Assembly (NCBI GenBank): GCA_043797085.1
Contig: JAZDQA010000005.1
Span: 32,001-96,000, forward strand
Length of the DNA stretch: 64,000 nucleotides
Source: Pseudomonadota bacterium
Lineage (GTDB): Bacteria; Campylobacterota; Campylobacteria; Campylobacterales; Sulfurimonadaceae
Direction: 5' to 3'
The position numbers and the translations under genes are program-made. The notes below the pieces were generated by a model. The model ran no database searches. It had not been told where the DNA came from and saw only the letters and a program-made list of their open reading frames with translations. Of the stretch, positions 27,865 to 36,972 are shown piece by piece; within the stretch, counting starts at the first letter, position 1, and each line of letters starts with the position of its first letter.

Positions 27865-28227
27865 CAACCCTAAAAAGTTCATAAACCCCAACTATTCATT
27901 CAAAAGCAAATTTATTGTCTTAAGTTTGAGAGCTTCACTTCAACCCTAAAAATCTTCATCTATATGCGCTTATGAAGTAGAACCTATGAACGAATATTTT
28001 ACTTCAAAGTTTAGATGTATTTCAAAAATAACTGTGTTGCACTTGATTGTTGAATGAGCGTTTCAAAATTGATTTTATTTTTATTAATATTAAAAAATAA
28101 ATTGTGTGAAATAGTTAGAAAAATAGTTCTACAACTAAACAGTATAGATTTTATAATAGTGTTCATTAAGTTGTCATTTTTTCATGTTAGAATACAATAG
28201 TGATTACAAAAAAGTAGGAGTTATAGA

Positions 28228-28659
28228 ATGAAATTTGATTCTAAAAGAAAAGCGTTTACCTTAATAGAAATTATGGTTGTTATCATTATTTTAGGACTTT
28301 TGGCGGCGTTTGTTATTCCTAATATTACAGGAAAAAGCGGTGAAGCCAAACAAAAATTGGTCTGTATTCAGATGAAGAGTTTAAATGAGAGTCTGAAAAT
28401 GTTCAAAGTTGACAATGGTTCTTATCCTGCAAGCGAAGAGGGATTGAATGCTCTTATCACAAATCCTAATCCTAACGAATACACCTCGTATGCTCCAAGT
28501 GCTTACATTGAGGGGAAAAACCTTCCTAAAGATCCGTGGAATAAACCGTATTTATATCTCAATCTCGATGGTTCTGTCGAACTCATCTCTCTAGGTGCTG
28601 ATGGCAAAGAGGGTGGAGAAGGTGAAGATAAGGATCAAAAACTTTCCGAGTGCCGCTAA
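28228..28659 (+). CDS. gspG: Type II secretion major pseudopilin G
   Basis: KA-FTLIEIMVVIIILGLLA, FKVDNGSYP, GLNAL, PKDPWNKPY, SLGADGKEGGEGEDKD. Confidence 0.95.
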   Translation: MKFDSKRKAFTLIEIMVVIIILGLLAAFVIPNITGKSGEAKQKLVCIQMKSLNESLKMFKVDNGSYPASEEGLNALITNPNPNEYTSYAPSAYIEGKNLPKDPWNKPYLYLNLDGSVELISLGADGKEGGEGEDKDQKLSECR

Positions 28660-29211
28660 GTGAAAACGTTTCGTGGGGGGATGACTCTTTTTGAATTACT
28701 GATCGTTATGATAATTGTCGGGATTGTCTATTCGATTGGTATATTTACGTTAAAAAAAGAGAAAGTCACCGCCACGACGATGAGTATATCCACACTAAAA
28801 ACTACTCTTTTATCTCTTTCTCAATCAAGCGAAATCCGTATGTTTTGCGATACCTCTTGTGCAGAGTGCCGTGTATTTTCAAATGAGGGGAAAGTCATTA
28901 CCGTGTTAAATCTGCATTCGAATGAGACAATACAGCGTTATGGTTTTGATCGTTTTGGCGAACTTCAACGGTTGGGGAATACTGTTGCACGAACAGAAGA
29001 CGCATTAGAGCAAGGGTGTTTTGAGATGTCACTTCGTCCTGATGGATCGGTAACGCCTGTAATATTAAAGAGCAATAATACATTTTATGCGTATACCCCT
29101 ATGGGCGAAAATAAACCCTACATTGCCAAAAGTGAAGAGGCTTTACGAAATATGCTCTTTAATGAAGCTGACTATCCTCTGAGAGGAGATGACGTGTATG
29201 GCGCTTTCTAA
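28660..29211 (+). CDS. Minor pseudopilin (GspH-like)
   Basis: G-MTLFELLIVMIIVGI N-methylation motif. Confidence 0.75.
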   Translation: MKTFRGGMTLFELLIVMIIVGIVYSIGIFTLKKEKVTATTMSISTLKTTLLSLSQSSEIRMFCDTSCAECRVFSNEGKVITVLNLHSNETIQRYGFDRFGELQRLGNTVARTEDALEQGCFEMSLRPDGSVTPVILKSNNTFYAYTPMGENKPYIAKSEEALRNMLFNEADYPLRGDDVYGAF

Positions 29212-29632
29212 AGGCTTTTCTCTTATCGAAACACTGGTTGCCATAACCATCGCTTCCATCGCTACGATGGCGTTGATGAAGGTAATTTCCAACTCTTCGA
29301 GCATTTCTATAAATGCGATTGGACGTTTTGATTCATCGATTATGATGGGTTTGGTTGCAGGAGAAGTGAATGAGACGTTCGATGGCAGAGTTATGAGTGC
29401 GGATGAGATTGTAGAGACTCGTTATACCATCGATCACCCTGTGATTCTTGAATCGCTGAAATCAACCTCGTATGAGATTCGCTTGTTACCTAAAGAGATT
29501 CTCAACCCTCTTATGACAACCAACGTAAATGGGGTAGATCCGACAACGGCTTCGATTGCTATCCAAAAAGTGATTTTAAAAAATCCCCAAGAGCAGAAAT
29601 CTTTTTTCCGTATTACATCGGGTTCTCTATGA
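29198..29632 (+). CDS. Minor pseudopilin (GspI-like)
   Basis: KG-FSLIETLVAITI; start set at ATG 29198 by AGGAG spacing. Confidence 0.75.
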   Translation: MALSKGFSLIETLVAITIASIATMALMKVISNSSSISINAIGRFDSSIMMGLVAGEVNETFDGRVMSADEIVETRYTIDHPVILESLKSTSYEIRLLPKEILNPLMTTNVNGVDPTTASIAIQKVILKNPQEQKSFFRITSGSL

Positions 29633-30132
29633 GACGCAATGCTTTTACCCTGATCGAATTGGTGGTTTCAATAGCTTTGTTTGGGCTTATCACGGTTTTT
29701 TTATTCGGGGCGATTGATGAGTTACGAAAGCAACAAATGTTTTTTCAACAAAAAGAAGTTGTGATTGAACGAAAAAATCAAATTGTGTCATTGTTGCGAA
29801 CTGACTTAGACCGGGCACAGTCAGTCACTGTTTCGACAAGCATGAGCAAGGATTTTGACACGGTCTCGATTACCGGTTCAAACCGCTCGTTATATGGAAT
29901 CGATCGTCCATACGTTGTATGGCTGGTACTAAAAGCGGATAATACGTTGATACGGCTAGAATCCTCTTCTCTCATCACCATACCTATCGCACCTGAAACA
30001 CTGTATTCGATCCACAGTGACCGTATCGCAAAGCAGTGTGAATTGTTTCGCGTGTATGATTCCCCCAAACATCGACTGCTCTATCTAAAATTTGAAAATC
30101 AATCGCCCTTGATCGTTGAAACAACCAAATAA
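29629..30132 (+). CDS. Minor pseudopilin (GspJ-like)
   Basis: NA-FTLIELVVSIALF, LRTDLDRA. Confidence 0.75.
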   Translation: MRRNAFTLIELVVSIALFGLITVFLFGAIDELRKQQMFFQQKEVVIERKNQIVSLLRTDLDRAQSVTVSTSMSKDFDTVSITGSNRSLYGIDRPYVVWLVLKADNTLIRLESSSLITIPIAPETLYSIHSDRIAKQCELFRVYDSPKHRLLYLKFENQSPLIVETTK

Positions 30133-30143
30133 TTAGAAATTTT

Positions 30144-30569
30144 TTAAAGACGTTTTATTTTGCTGGTAGAAAAATCAGCGACCAATTCTTCAAGCCGCAT
30201 AGCAGAGTACATGGCATCGATTTCATTACGCCAAATTTCCCATTGGGCATGAAGGGCACACGGCTTTTCAGCTTCGCATTCACCGATCCCCAACAAACAC
30301 GTATCAAATAAGACCGTACCATCCACAGCATGGATGATCGAGATTAGGGTTATTTCTGACGCGTCACGGGAGAGTTTTACCCCTCCTGAAGCGCCTCGAT
30401 GTGAGGTTAAAATGTCTGCATGAACGAGTTTTTGGAGTGATTTTGCTAAAAAATGATAGGGAAGATCGAGCGCTTCACTGATAATTTGAATACGATAATA
30501 CTCATCTCGCGGTTTGGTGGCGAGCCAAACAGCCGCTCGAATGGTATCTTGGCAGGCAGAGGAGAGCAT
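30144..30569 (-). CDS. Rrf2-family transcriptional regulator with three Fe-S-type cysteines
   Basis: LPYHFLAKSLQKL, SHRGASGGVKL, ITLISIIHAVDG, CLLGIGECEAEKPCALH. Confidence 0.92.
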   Translation of the reverse strand: MLSSACQDTIRAAVWLATKPRDEYYRIQIISEALDLPYHFLAKSLQKLVHADILTSHRGASGGVKLSRDASEITLISIIHAVDGTVLFDTCLLGIGECEAEKPCALHAQWEIWRNEIDAMYSAMRLEELVADFSTSKIKRL

Positions 30570-31426
30570 TATTCTTTTTCCGTTTTACGAATGATGTACA
30601 CAAAAACCGCAAATACGAGCAATAAAAAGGCGAGAGCAGCAACCAATGTTGACGCATAAGGTAAATCTTTGTAGTTATGAAGTGAAATTTTAAAGACCAC
30701 TAAGAGCGCTTCGATGAGTAACGCGATGATGATGGAGACCGAAAAATTTAACAACGTTTTGGGATTAAAGACATCGCTTACATGCTGAGTTCTTGGAAGT
30801 ACCTCTTGTTCTACGATGGTTTTTCCCAAATCATAAACCGCAAGACCGAGGGTGAGAGCGATGATGGGCTTAAAGACTGCGTCAATGGAGAGCGGAGCAA
30901 CACCCACCAAATACCCTATAAACGTATAAAATCCATACAGCACGACAAAGACCCCAAAAAAGAGCAGTCCACCGCCGATAAGAGCGTAAGAGGTTCGGTT
31001 AAGGAATTTGAATACGTCATTTTTTTCGATAACGTCAAATCGTTCTAAAAGTTTTCGGAGACCAAAATCCAAGAAGAGATACCCTTCTCCCACAGCATAG
31101 ACCACGGTGATGCATAAAGCACCGGTAGCCGTTGAGATATAAGGATCGCTGATGTAGTGCCCTTTTTGAATTTCAACTTCATTGATGAGATAGGAGCGAT
31201 CCACCCCGATATGGTGATGTTCTTCACGATTAAGATAGATATTCGGAGAGTTTTGGACAAATCCCTCATCCGACATATAAAGAAGTTCCAAGCTTGGGAA
31301 GGTTTTGTAAAGTCGCTCGATTAAGTGAACATTGAGTGTTTTTAAACTGACATTTCCCAACGTTGAGAGAATAAATTTTTGGATAAGCGGAGCATTCGCT
31401 GCATAGCTTCGTACTAGATCTTGCAT
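30569..31426 (-). CDS. Cache/PDC-like sensor domain fused to a four-helix membrane domain
   Basis: DRSY...ISDPYISTATGALCITV Cache-like motif; C-terminal TM block (LGLAVYDLGKTIVEQEV, IIIALLIEALLVVFK). Confidence 0.7.
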   Translation of the reverse strand: MQDLVRSYAANAPLIQKFILSTLGNVSLKTLNVHLIERLYKTFPSLELLYMSDEGFVQNSPNIYLNREEHHHIGVDRSYLINEVEIQKGHYISDPYISTATGALCITVVYAVGEGYLFLDFGLRKLLERFDVIEKNDVFKFLNRTSYALIGGGLLFFGVFVVLYGFYTFIGYLVGVAPLSIDAVFKPIIALTLGLAVYDLGKTIVEQEVLPRTQHVSDVFNPKTLLNFSVSIIIALLIEALLVVFKISLHNYKDLPYASTLVAALAFLLLVFAVFVYIIRKTEKE

Positions 31427-31546
31427 GGACTCTCCTTAGGTAAAATTGATGAGAAAATTATAGTCTAATATAGTACCTAGAAGCTGATTATAAAATCATC
31501 AATTTTACAGAAGTCTCTTATAAGCTCCGGTTGTTAAAATACGCCA

Positions 31547-32272
31547 ATGCAAAAAATTATTATAAATCAAAAGTTTTATGGCTCACTCGAACTCGATAAT
31601 ACCGACGAAGCACGACGTGTTTTTTCCAAAGTAAAAAGTGCTTTCGGAACTCAAAAAAAGATGGAAATCGGTTTGATTTTCCCCAGCTATAAGCTCAAAG
31701 CCCTTGAAAGTTATCAAAAAGGGGGAGCGCGGCAGGAATTGGAAGACATCGAGCTTTACATCGAGCTGGGTAAAATCTTGCGATTTGATACACAAGATGC
31801 ACAAAAGCTCAAAAATAGTATCGAACTGACCAACGATATTGCTCATAATCATTACAATATTTCCAAGCGCCTTACTCTTATAAATAAGCCACATCCAACT
31901 AAAAATGGTGGTCATTATCTGTTCTGGGACATCGAAAATTTTTCCAATATCGGCTCGATGTTCAACGATGTTATTGAAAAATACGATATTCCTGACCATC
32001 ATATTTATGTGGCAGCAAATCCTGATTCCTTGTATTTGTTTAGAAAAGAGTGGGAAGCAGAACTGTATGACTATAAAAAAACGCTCAATTCGTTCAATTT
32101 TACCAAGTGCGATCACGGAAAAAATGTGGCGGATGATGTATTGTTATTAAACTTTCAAGCGCTAACTTTGCACAATACTAATATCTATTTGATGACATTC
32201 GACCGCGAGCTAAAAGAGCGATTTACGGCAGTAACTCATTTAACTAATAATCTTTATATTCTCGAAAAATAA
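31547..32272 (+). CDS. NYN/PIN-like nuclease-domain protein
   Basis: LFWDIEN, GKNVADDVL and LMTFDREL acidic motifs in the C-terminal half. Confidence 0.65.
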   Translation: MQKIIINQKFYGSLELDNTDEARRVFSKVKSAFGTQKKMEIGLIFPSYKLKALESYQKGGARQELEDIELYIELGKILRFDTQDAQKLKNSIELTNDIAHNHYNISKRLTLINKPHPTKNGGHYLFWDIENFSNIGSMFNDVIEKYDIPDHHIYVAANPDSLYLFRKEWEAELYDYKKTLNSFNFTKCDHGKNVADDVLLLNFQALTLHNTNIYLMTFDRELKERFTAVTHLTNNLYILEK

Positions 32273-32288
32273 ATTATTACGGAACATT

Positions 32289-34403
32289 ATGGCCCCACTA
32301 ATCAACTTACTCACTCAAAAAACCGGTATTTCTAAAAACAACATTGAGTCGATTTTAAAACTTCTCGAAGAGGGTTCAACTATCCCTTTTATCGCTCGTT
32401 ATCGCAAAGAGATGACGGGGGGTGCTAGTGATGAGCAGTTGCGTGATTTTGAAACTATTTATGCGTATTCCAAAAAACTGTTGGAGCGTAAAGAGGAAAT
32501 TCGTAGACTGATACAAGAACGGGGAGTGTTAAGTGTTGAGCTGTCCACTCTCATCGATGCAGCGCAAACGCTTCAAGTGCTTGAAGATATTTATCGTCCA
32601 TTTAAGGAAAAGAAAAATACGCGTGCCGCATCAGCAATAGCCGCAGGACTTCAGCCATTGGCAAATATTCTTCAAAGTTGCAGATTGGAGTTGGCAGAAT
32701 TCAAAAAGAAAGCACAGGAATTTGTCAAAGGGTCGATAAAAACTGTTGATGAAGCGGTGCAGGGGGCAAAAGATATCGTAGCGGAAGCGTATAGTGATGA
32801 TCCGCGTGAACGGGAGCACTGGAGAAAACAACTTCTAGACTATTCTTCTTTTGAGATAAAAGGGACAAAAACACTCAAAGAAGAGGGATTGTTTGTAAAA
32901 TTGGCGGGAAAAGCTGAGCGTATTTCTTCTATCCCTTCGCATCGTTATCTGGCGTTAATGAGAGGGGTTGACGAAAAAGAGCTAAGCGTTAAAATCTCGC
33001 ATGATATGGAACGCGTGGAAAGTTCCATTAAACAATTCAGGCTTCCTAGAAATGCCAATGGAAGTAAAGAAATACTGCTCGAAGCGTATTTAGACGGATT
33101 TAAACGGCTGTTATTTCCTTCGTTGGAACGGGAGATTCACAGTACGATAAAAGAACGTTCGGATATTCAAGCCATCAAGACATTCGGTAAAAATCTTACA
33201 CAACTTCTCAACACGCCGCCTGTCACAAAACGAGTCATTTTGGGAGCCGATCCTGCGTACCGTACGGGGTGTAAACTAGCTGTTGTGGATGAACACGGAA
33301 CCTATCTAGCCCATGCCGTGATCTATCCTACCCCTCCGGTAAACGATTATGCGGCTTCGGCAAAGGTGGTCAAAGAGCTCTCAAAAAAGTACAACATCAC
33401 GGGTGTCGCCATCGGAAATGGTACGGGTTCACGCGAAACACAGGAATTTTTTGCCCGTGTCAATCAAGAAGAGGGGCTTAACCTCTCGTATACGGTGGTA
33501 TCGGAAGCGGGCGCATCGGTCTATTCGGCATCCAAAATCGCACAAGAGGAATATCCGAATCTCGACGTGACGATACGGGGAGCCATCTCGATTGCTCAGC
33601 GTCTTCGTGACCCGATGGCAGCATTGGTAAAAATCGATCCGAAATCGTTGGGTATTGGGCAATATCAGCACGATGTGGATCAAAAACTTTTGGAAAAAAA
33701 GCTGGGTGAAGTGACGGAAGATTTGGTAAATCGTATCGGTGTGGATCCTAACAGTGCATCAGTTTCACTGCTGTCATACGTTGCGGGAGTTGGGACAAAA
33801 CTTGCTCGTGCGATTGTCGAACATCGTGAGAATCAAGGTGCATACAAGAGTAAAAGTGACCTTTTAAAAGTCAAAGGACTGGGAGCAAGAGCGTATAAGC
33901 AGTGTGCGGGATTTTTTCGTATTCGTGAGGGGAAAAGTATTCTCGATAATACGGGCGTTCATCCTGAGAGTTACGCCGTGGCGCAAACATTGAGTACGCG
34001 ATACGATTTCCATACCCTTACAAAAGAACAAATTCCGAAGCTGGCAGTGGAAATGGGTATAGGAGAATTAACCCTTCAAGACATAATATCGGAGCTCAAA
34101 AAACCGGGATTCGATCCTCGTGAGACATTACCACCCATCATGTTTCGAGAGGGACTTACCGACATTAAAGAGCTTCAAGAGGGATCAATCGTCTCAGGAG
34201 TTGTACGAAACATCGCTGATTTCGGCGCATTTGTCGATATTGGGCTCAAAAATGACGGCTTAATTCATATCTCTCAGATGTCCGAAAAACGAATTGTACA
34301 CCCGCTGGAAATATTGAGTGTCAATCAGCATCTACGTCATATCCGCGTTGTGGAAGTGGATCACCAAAAAGGGAAAGTGTCACTTAGTTTAAGGGATATA
34401 TAG
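32289..34403 (+). CDS. tex: Tex-family RNA-binding transcription accessory protein
   Basis: TIPFIARYRKEMTG, DPAYRTGCK, IGNGTGSRET, EAGASVYSAS, IGQYQHDV, C-terminal S1 domain. Confidence 0.96.
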   Translation: MAPLINLLTQKTGISKNNIESILKLLEEGSTIPFIARYRKEMTGGASDEQLRDFETIYAYSKKLLERKEEIRRLIQERGVLSVELSTLIDAAQTLQVLEDIYRPFKEKKNTRAASAIAAGLQPLANILQSCRLELAEFKKKAQEFVKGSIKTVDEAVQGAKDIVAEAYSDDPREREHWRKQLLDYSSFEIKGTKTLKEEGLFVKLAGKAERISSIPSHRYLALMRGVDEKELSVKISHDMERVESSIKQFRLPRNANGSKEILLEAYLDGFKRLLFPSLEREIHSTIKERSDIQAIKTFGKNLTQLLNTPPVTKRVILGADPAYRTGCKLAVVDEHGTYLAHAVIYPTPPVNDYAASAKVVKELSKKYNITGVAIGNGTGSRETQEFFARVNQEEGLNLSYTVVSEAGASVYSASKIAQEEYPNLDVTIRGAISIAQRLRDPMAALVKIDPKSLGIGQYQHDVDQKLLEKKLGEVTEDLVNRIGVDPNSASVSLLSYVAGVGTKLARAIVEHRENQGAYKSKSDLLKVKGLGARAYKQCAGFFRIREGKSILDNTGVHPESYAVAQTLSTRYDFHTLTKEQIPKLAVEMGIGELTLQDIISELKKPGFDPRETLPPIMFREGLTDIKELQEGSIVSGVVRNIADFGAFVDIGLKNDGLIHISQMSEKRIVHPLEILSVNQHLRHIRVVEVDHQKGKVSLSLRDI

Positions 34404-34435
34404 AAATTTTGTATTTTAAGTTTTTATACCTGTGA

Positions 34436-35221
34436 TTAATAAGAATAGATTAATACGGCATTAAAAATATTGAAGTTCGATTCGGAACGAGGTTCTATCC
34501 AAGGGATACCCGTGGTATCAACAATAATATTTGATTTTTCTATATCCCATGTTTGATAGGTATAGGCAAATTTTAATGCCCATTCCGATGTAATTGTGTG
34601 TATCCAAGGAATAGAAACAGTGTAACCATCAGTACGCCCTAAATCAAATGTTCCGAACATATTTGACTTCATTTTAGGAGAAATTGCTCTGTGGTATTCA
34701 ACTGAAATCCCGATATTATCATCAGGAAAAATATTTCCACTAAGTCCAGTAGAGAGTGATCCATACGGCCAAACATATTGTTCATTATGACCACCGTTTA
34801 AAACTCTTTCCCAAAATCGGTACCCTATTCCAACACGCATAGACCAGAGTGCTTGGTCTAATACTTTATCTTCGCTATAGCCAATCGTTGCTTCAGAGAT
34901 ATGGTTATGTGTTGCTGTAACGAGGTCTCCATAGTTACCTCCTTGATAAGAGCCAATATAGGTTGTATCACCATAAAAATGAGAAAATCCAGCGTCTATG
35001 TATCCGCAGTCTCCATCCACACCATCATTGATATGCGTTTTGTAACCTATGGAAAAGCCAGGTAAGGTGTCTGCTGTTTCTGAATCAAATCTATCTCCAT
35101 TAGCTTTGTATTCCATATAATCCATAGACATGGTATTCGCTCCGACAGTGAGCTGACTCTCTTTTGCCAAGGCTGCAAAGGCTATTGATAAAATTAAAAT
35201 TACTAAATAGTGCTTTTTCAT
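34436..35221 (-). CDS. Hypothetical outer-membrane beta-barrel protein
   Basis: Signal peptide, alternating aromatic beta strands (GIGYRFWER, FAYTYQTW), terminal YSY. Confidence 0.7.
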   Translation of the reverse strand: MKKHYLVILILSIAFAALAKESQLTVGANTMSMDYMEYKANGDRFDSETADTLPGFSIGYKTHINDGVDGDCGYIDAGFSHFYGDTTYIGSYQGGNYGDLVTATHNHISEATIGYSEDKVLDQALWSMRVGIGYRFWERVLNGGHNEQYVWPYGSLSTGLSGNIFPDDNIGISVEYHRAISPKMKSNMFGTFDLGRTDGYTVSIPWIHTITSEWALKFAYTYQTWDIEKSNIIVDTTGIPWIEPRSESNFNIFNAVLIYSY

Positions 35222-35331
35222 CGTTAAAACTCCCTTTTTTTGTTAGAGGGTATTTGTAAATTTCTTATTTTATGATACATAATTTATGGTTAATATTTTC
35301 ATGTTTTCATTATAAGGGAATTAAAATAAAG

Positions 35332-36972
35332 TTATTTTGAGATATAAAAGACAAAAGTAATAACTTCAAGAATGAGCATCATAAAAAACCCGACCTTATA
35401 AAATGTAACAGGAGAGCGTTCGATGAGGGGGATTCCTTTACAAAAATAGGGTTTTACTTTTTCAGGCGATTTAAGTTCGTAAAAAAATTCTGAGTAGTGA
35501 GTGTAGCGTTCATTGGAATCGAGTGCAATGGCGTGCATAATGATGGAGTCAAGCCATACTGGAATATTTTTGTTGAGCTTGATAGGGCGTTTGGGCGTTT
35601 TAAATGTAGGTGTTTGGAACGGCTCGATCTCACCGTAGGGCATAACACCTGTTAGTGCCCAGTACAGTGTTACTCCGATGGAAAATATTTCACTGGATTC
35701 GTTGATGATTCCACCTGTAAAACGCTCAGGAGCGAGATAGCTTGGGGTCCCTGCACGGGAGTTGAGCGAGTAAATTTCGACAACAGAGCCAAAATCAACC
35801 ATTTTGAAAGTGACTCCTGCCTCACCCACTTTTTTGGTAACGATGATATTTTCGGGTTTGATGTCCCCGTGGACCAGTCCTAAATGAAGGAGATGTGCTT
35901 GGGCTTTGTGCAAAAATTTCCCAAGCTCAATTGCAGCATCGATAGAAATAGGTCGATTTTTGAGATAGTCATGCAGATTCATCCCCTCAACAAGTTCCAT
36001 CATGTAGTAGCGTACCGTTCGTTCCGCCGGAACCCATGCGTGACCGAAGGCTTTGTGGGTTACTTGTTTGGCGTACCATGCTTCTTTGACAAACTTATCG
36101 AGCGCTTGAGGATCATCACCGCTCATTGGAAATTTCATCACAAACAGTTCATTACTTTTAGAGACTTTCCAAATACGGCTGTGCTCCATCATGGGAGAGA
36201 GGAGGGTATATCCGTCGATGATTTGACCCTCAAAGAGAGTTTCAGGAATAGGAAGGGGAGCATTTTTGAGTGCATGAAGCGGATCGAGTGCTTCGATATG
36301 AAAAATTTGCAAACTCATATCATCACGATCTTTTGGGAGAGCGTTTTGAGAGACGTGAGTGACGATGCTTTTTGCGCCCAACCCTTTTTGTATTAGTTCT
36401 AAAAAAGAGTCATTGTCGATGAGATTATAAACCCCATCACTGCAAAGGATAAGGGTGTCGCCAACGGCTATGTGCGTAGAGAGAATCGGGACATCAATAT
36501 TTTCGCAAAGCCCGCATGCTTGCGTAAGTACGTGAGACATATACTCATCGTCCATAGTGTGATCGGTACTTAGCTGTTGCAGTTTACCATCGGATGACAA
36601 AAGATAGATGCGTGAATCACCGAGATTAAGGGAGTAGAGCGTTTCACCTTCGATGACGGTAAGGCAAAGGGTAGTGAGAAGCTCGATTTTCTCGTATTGC
36701 GACATTGATTCTTTGAATAAAAGATTGTTGATGTGACGGGTGAAAACTTCCATTGTTTTGGGAATGTCCCACGCTTTTGGACGCGTTTTAAACTGGTCGA
36801 TAAAAAATTTTACGCATTGGCGCGCCGCGCTTCCGCCGCGCTTCGCACTTCCGACACCATCGCATAAGACGCTGACAAACAGGGTATTATCGATGATGGT
36901 AAACGCGCAAGCATCATCCCCGACACAATCAGGTTTAGGAAGGATGACTTGCGAAGATTGGAGTTGTAACAT
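35332..36972 (-). CDS. Bifunctional PP2C phosphatase / Ser-Thr protein kinase with C-terminal TM
   Basis: PP2C motifs CDGVG, NLGDSR, CSDGV, DDMS; kinase motifs VMKFP, HGDIKPEN, DFG, GTPSYLAPE; start abuts the narK stop. Confidence 0.92.
   Translation of the reverse strand: MLQLQSSQVILPKPDCVGDDACAFTIIDNTLFVSVLCDGVGSAKRGGSAARQCVKFFIDQFKTRPKAWDIPKTMEVFTRHINNLLFKESMSQYEKIELLTTLCLTVIEGETLYSLNLGDSRIYLLSSDGKLQQLSTDHTMDDEYMSHVLTQACGLCENIDVPILSTHIAVGDTLILCSDGVYNLIDNDSFLELIQKGLGAKSIVTHVSQNALPKDRDDMSLQIFHIEALDPLHALKNAPLPIPETLFEGQIIDGYTLLSPMMEHSRIWKVSKSNELFVMKFPMSGDDPQALDKFVKEAWYAKQVTHKAFGHAWVPAERTVRYYMMELVEGMNLHDYLKNRPISIDAAIELGKFLHKAQAHLLHLGLVHGDIKPENIIVTKKVGEAGVTFKMVDFGSVVEIYSLNSRAGTPSYLAPERFTGGIINESSEIFSIGVTLYWALTGVMPYGEIEPFQTPTFKTPKRPIKLNKNIPVWLDSIIMHAIALDSNERYTHYSEFFYELKSPEKVKPYFCKGIPLIERSPVTFYKVGFFMMLILEVITFVFYISK

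Noticed and set aside
27863..27960. Direct repeat TTCAACCCTAAAAA..TTCAT, twice, about 75 bp apart after phoX
   Set aside because: Only two short AT-rich copies with no third unit; not enough to call an array or element.
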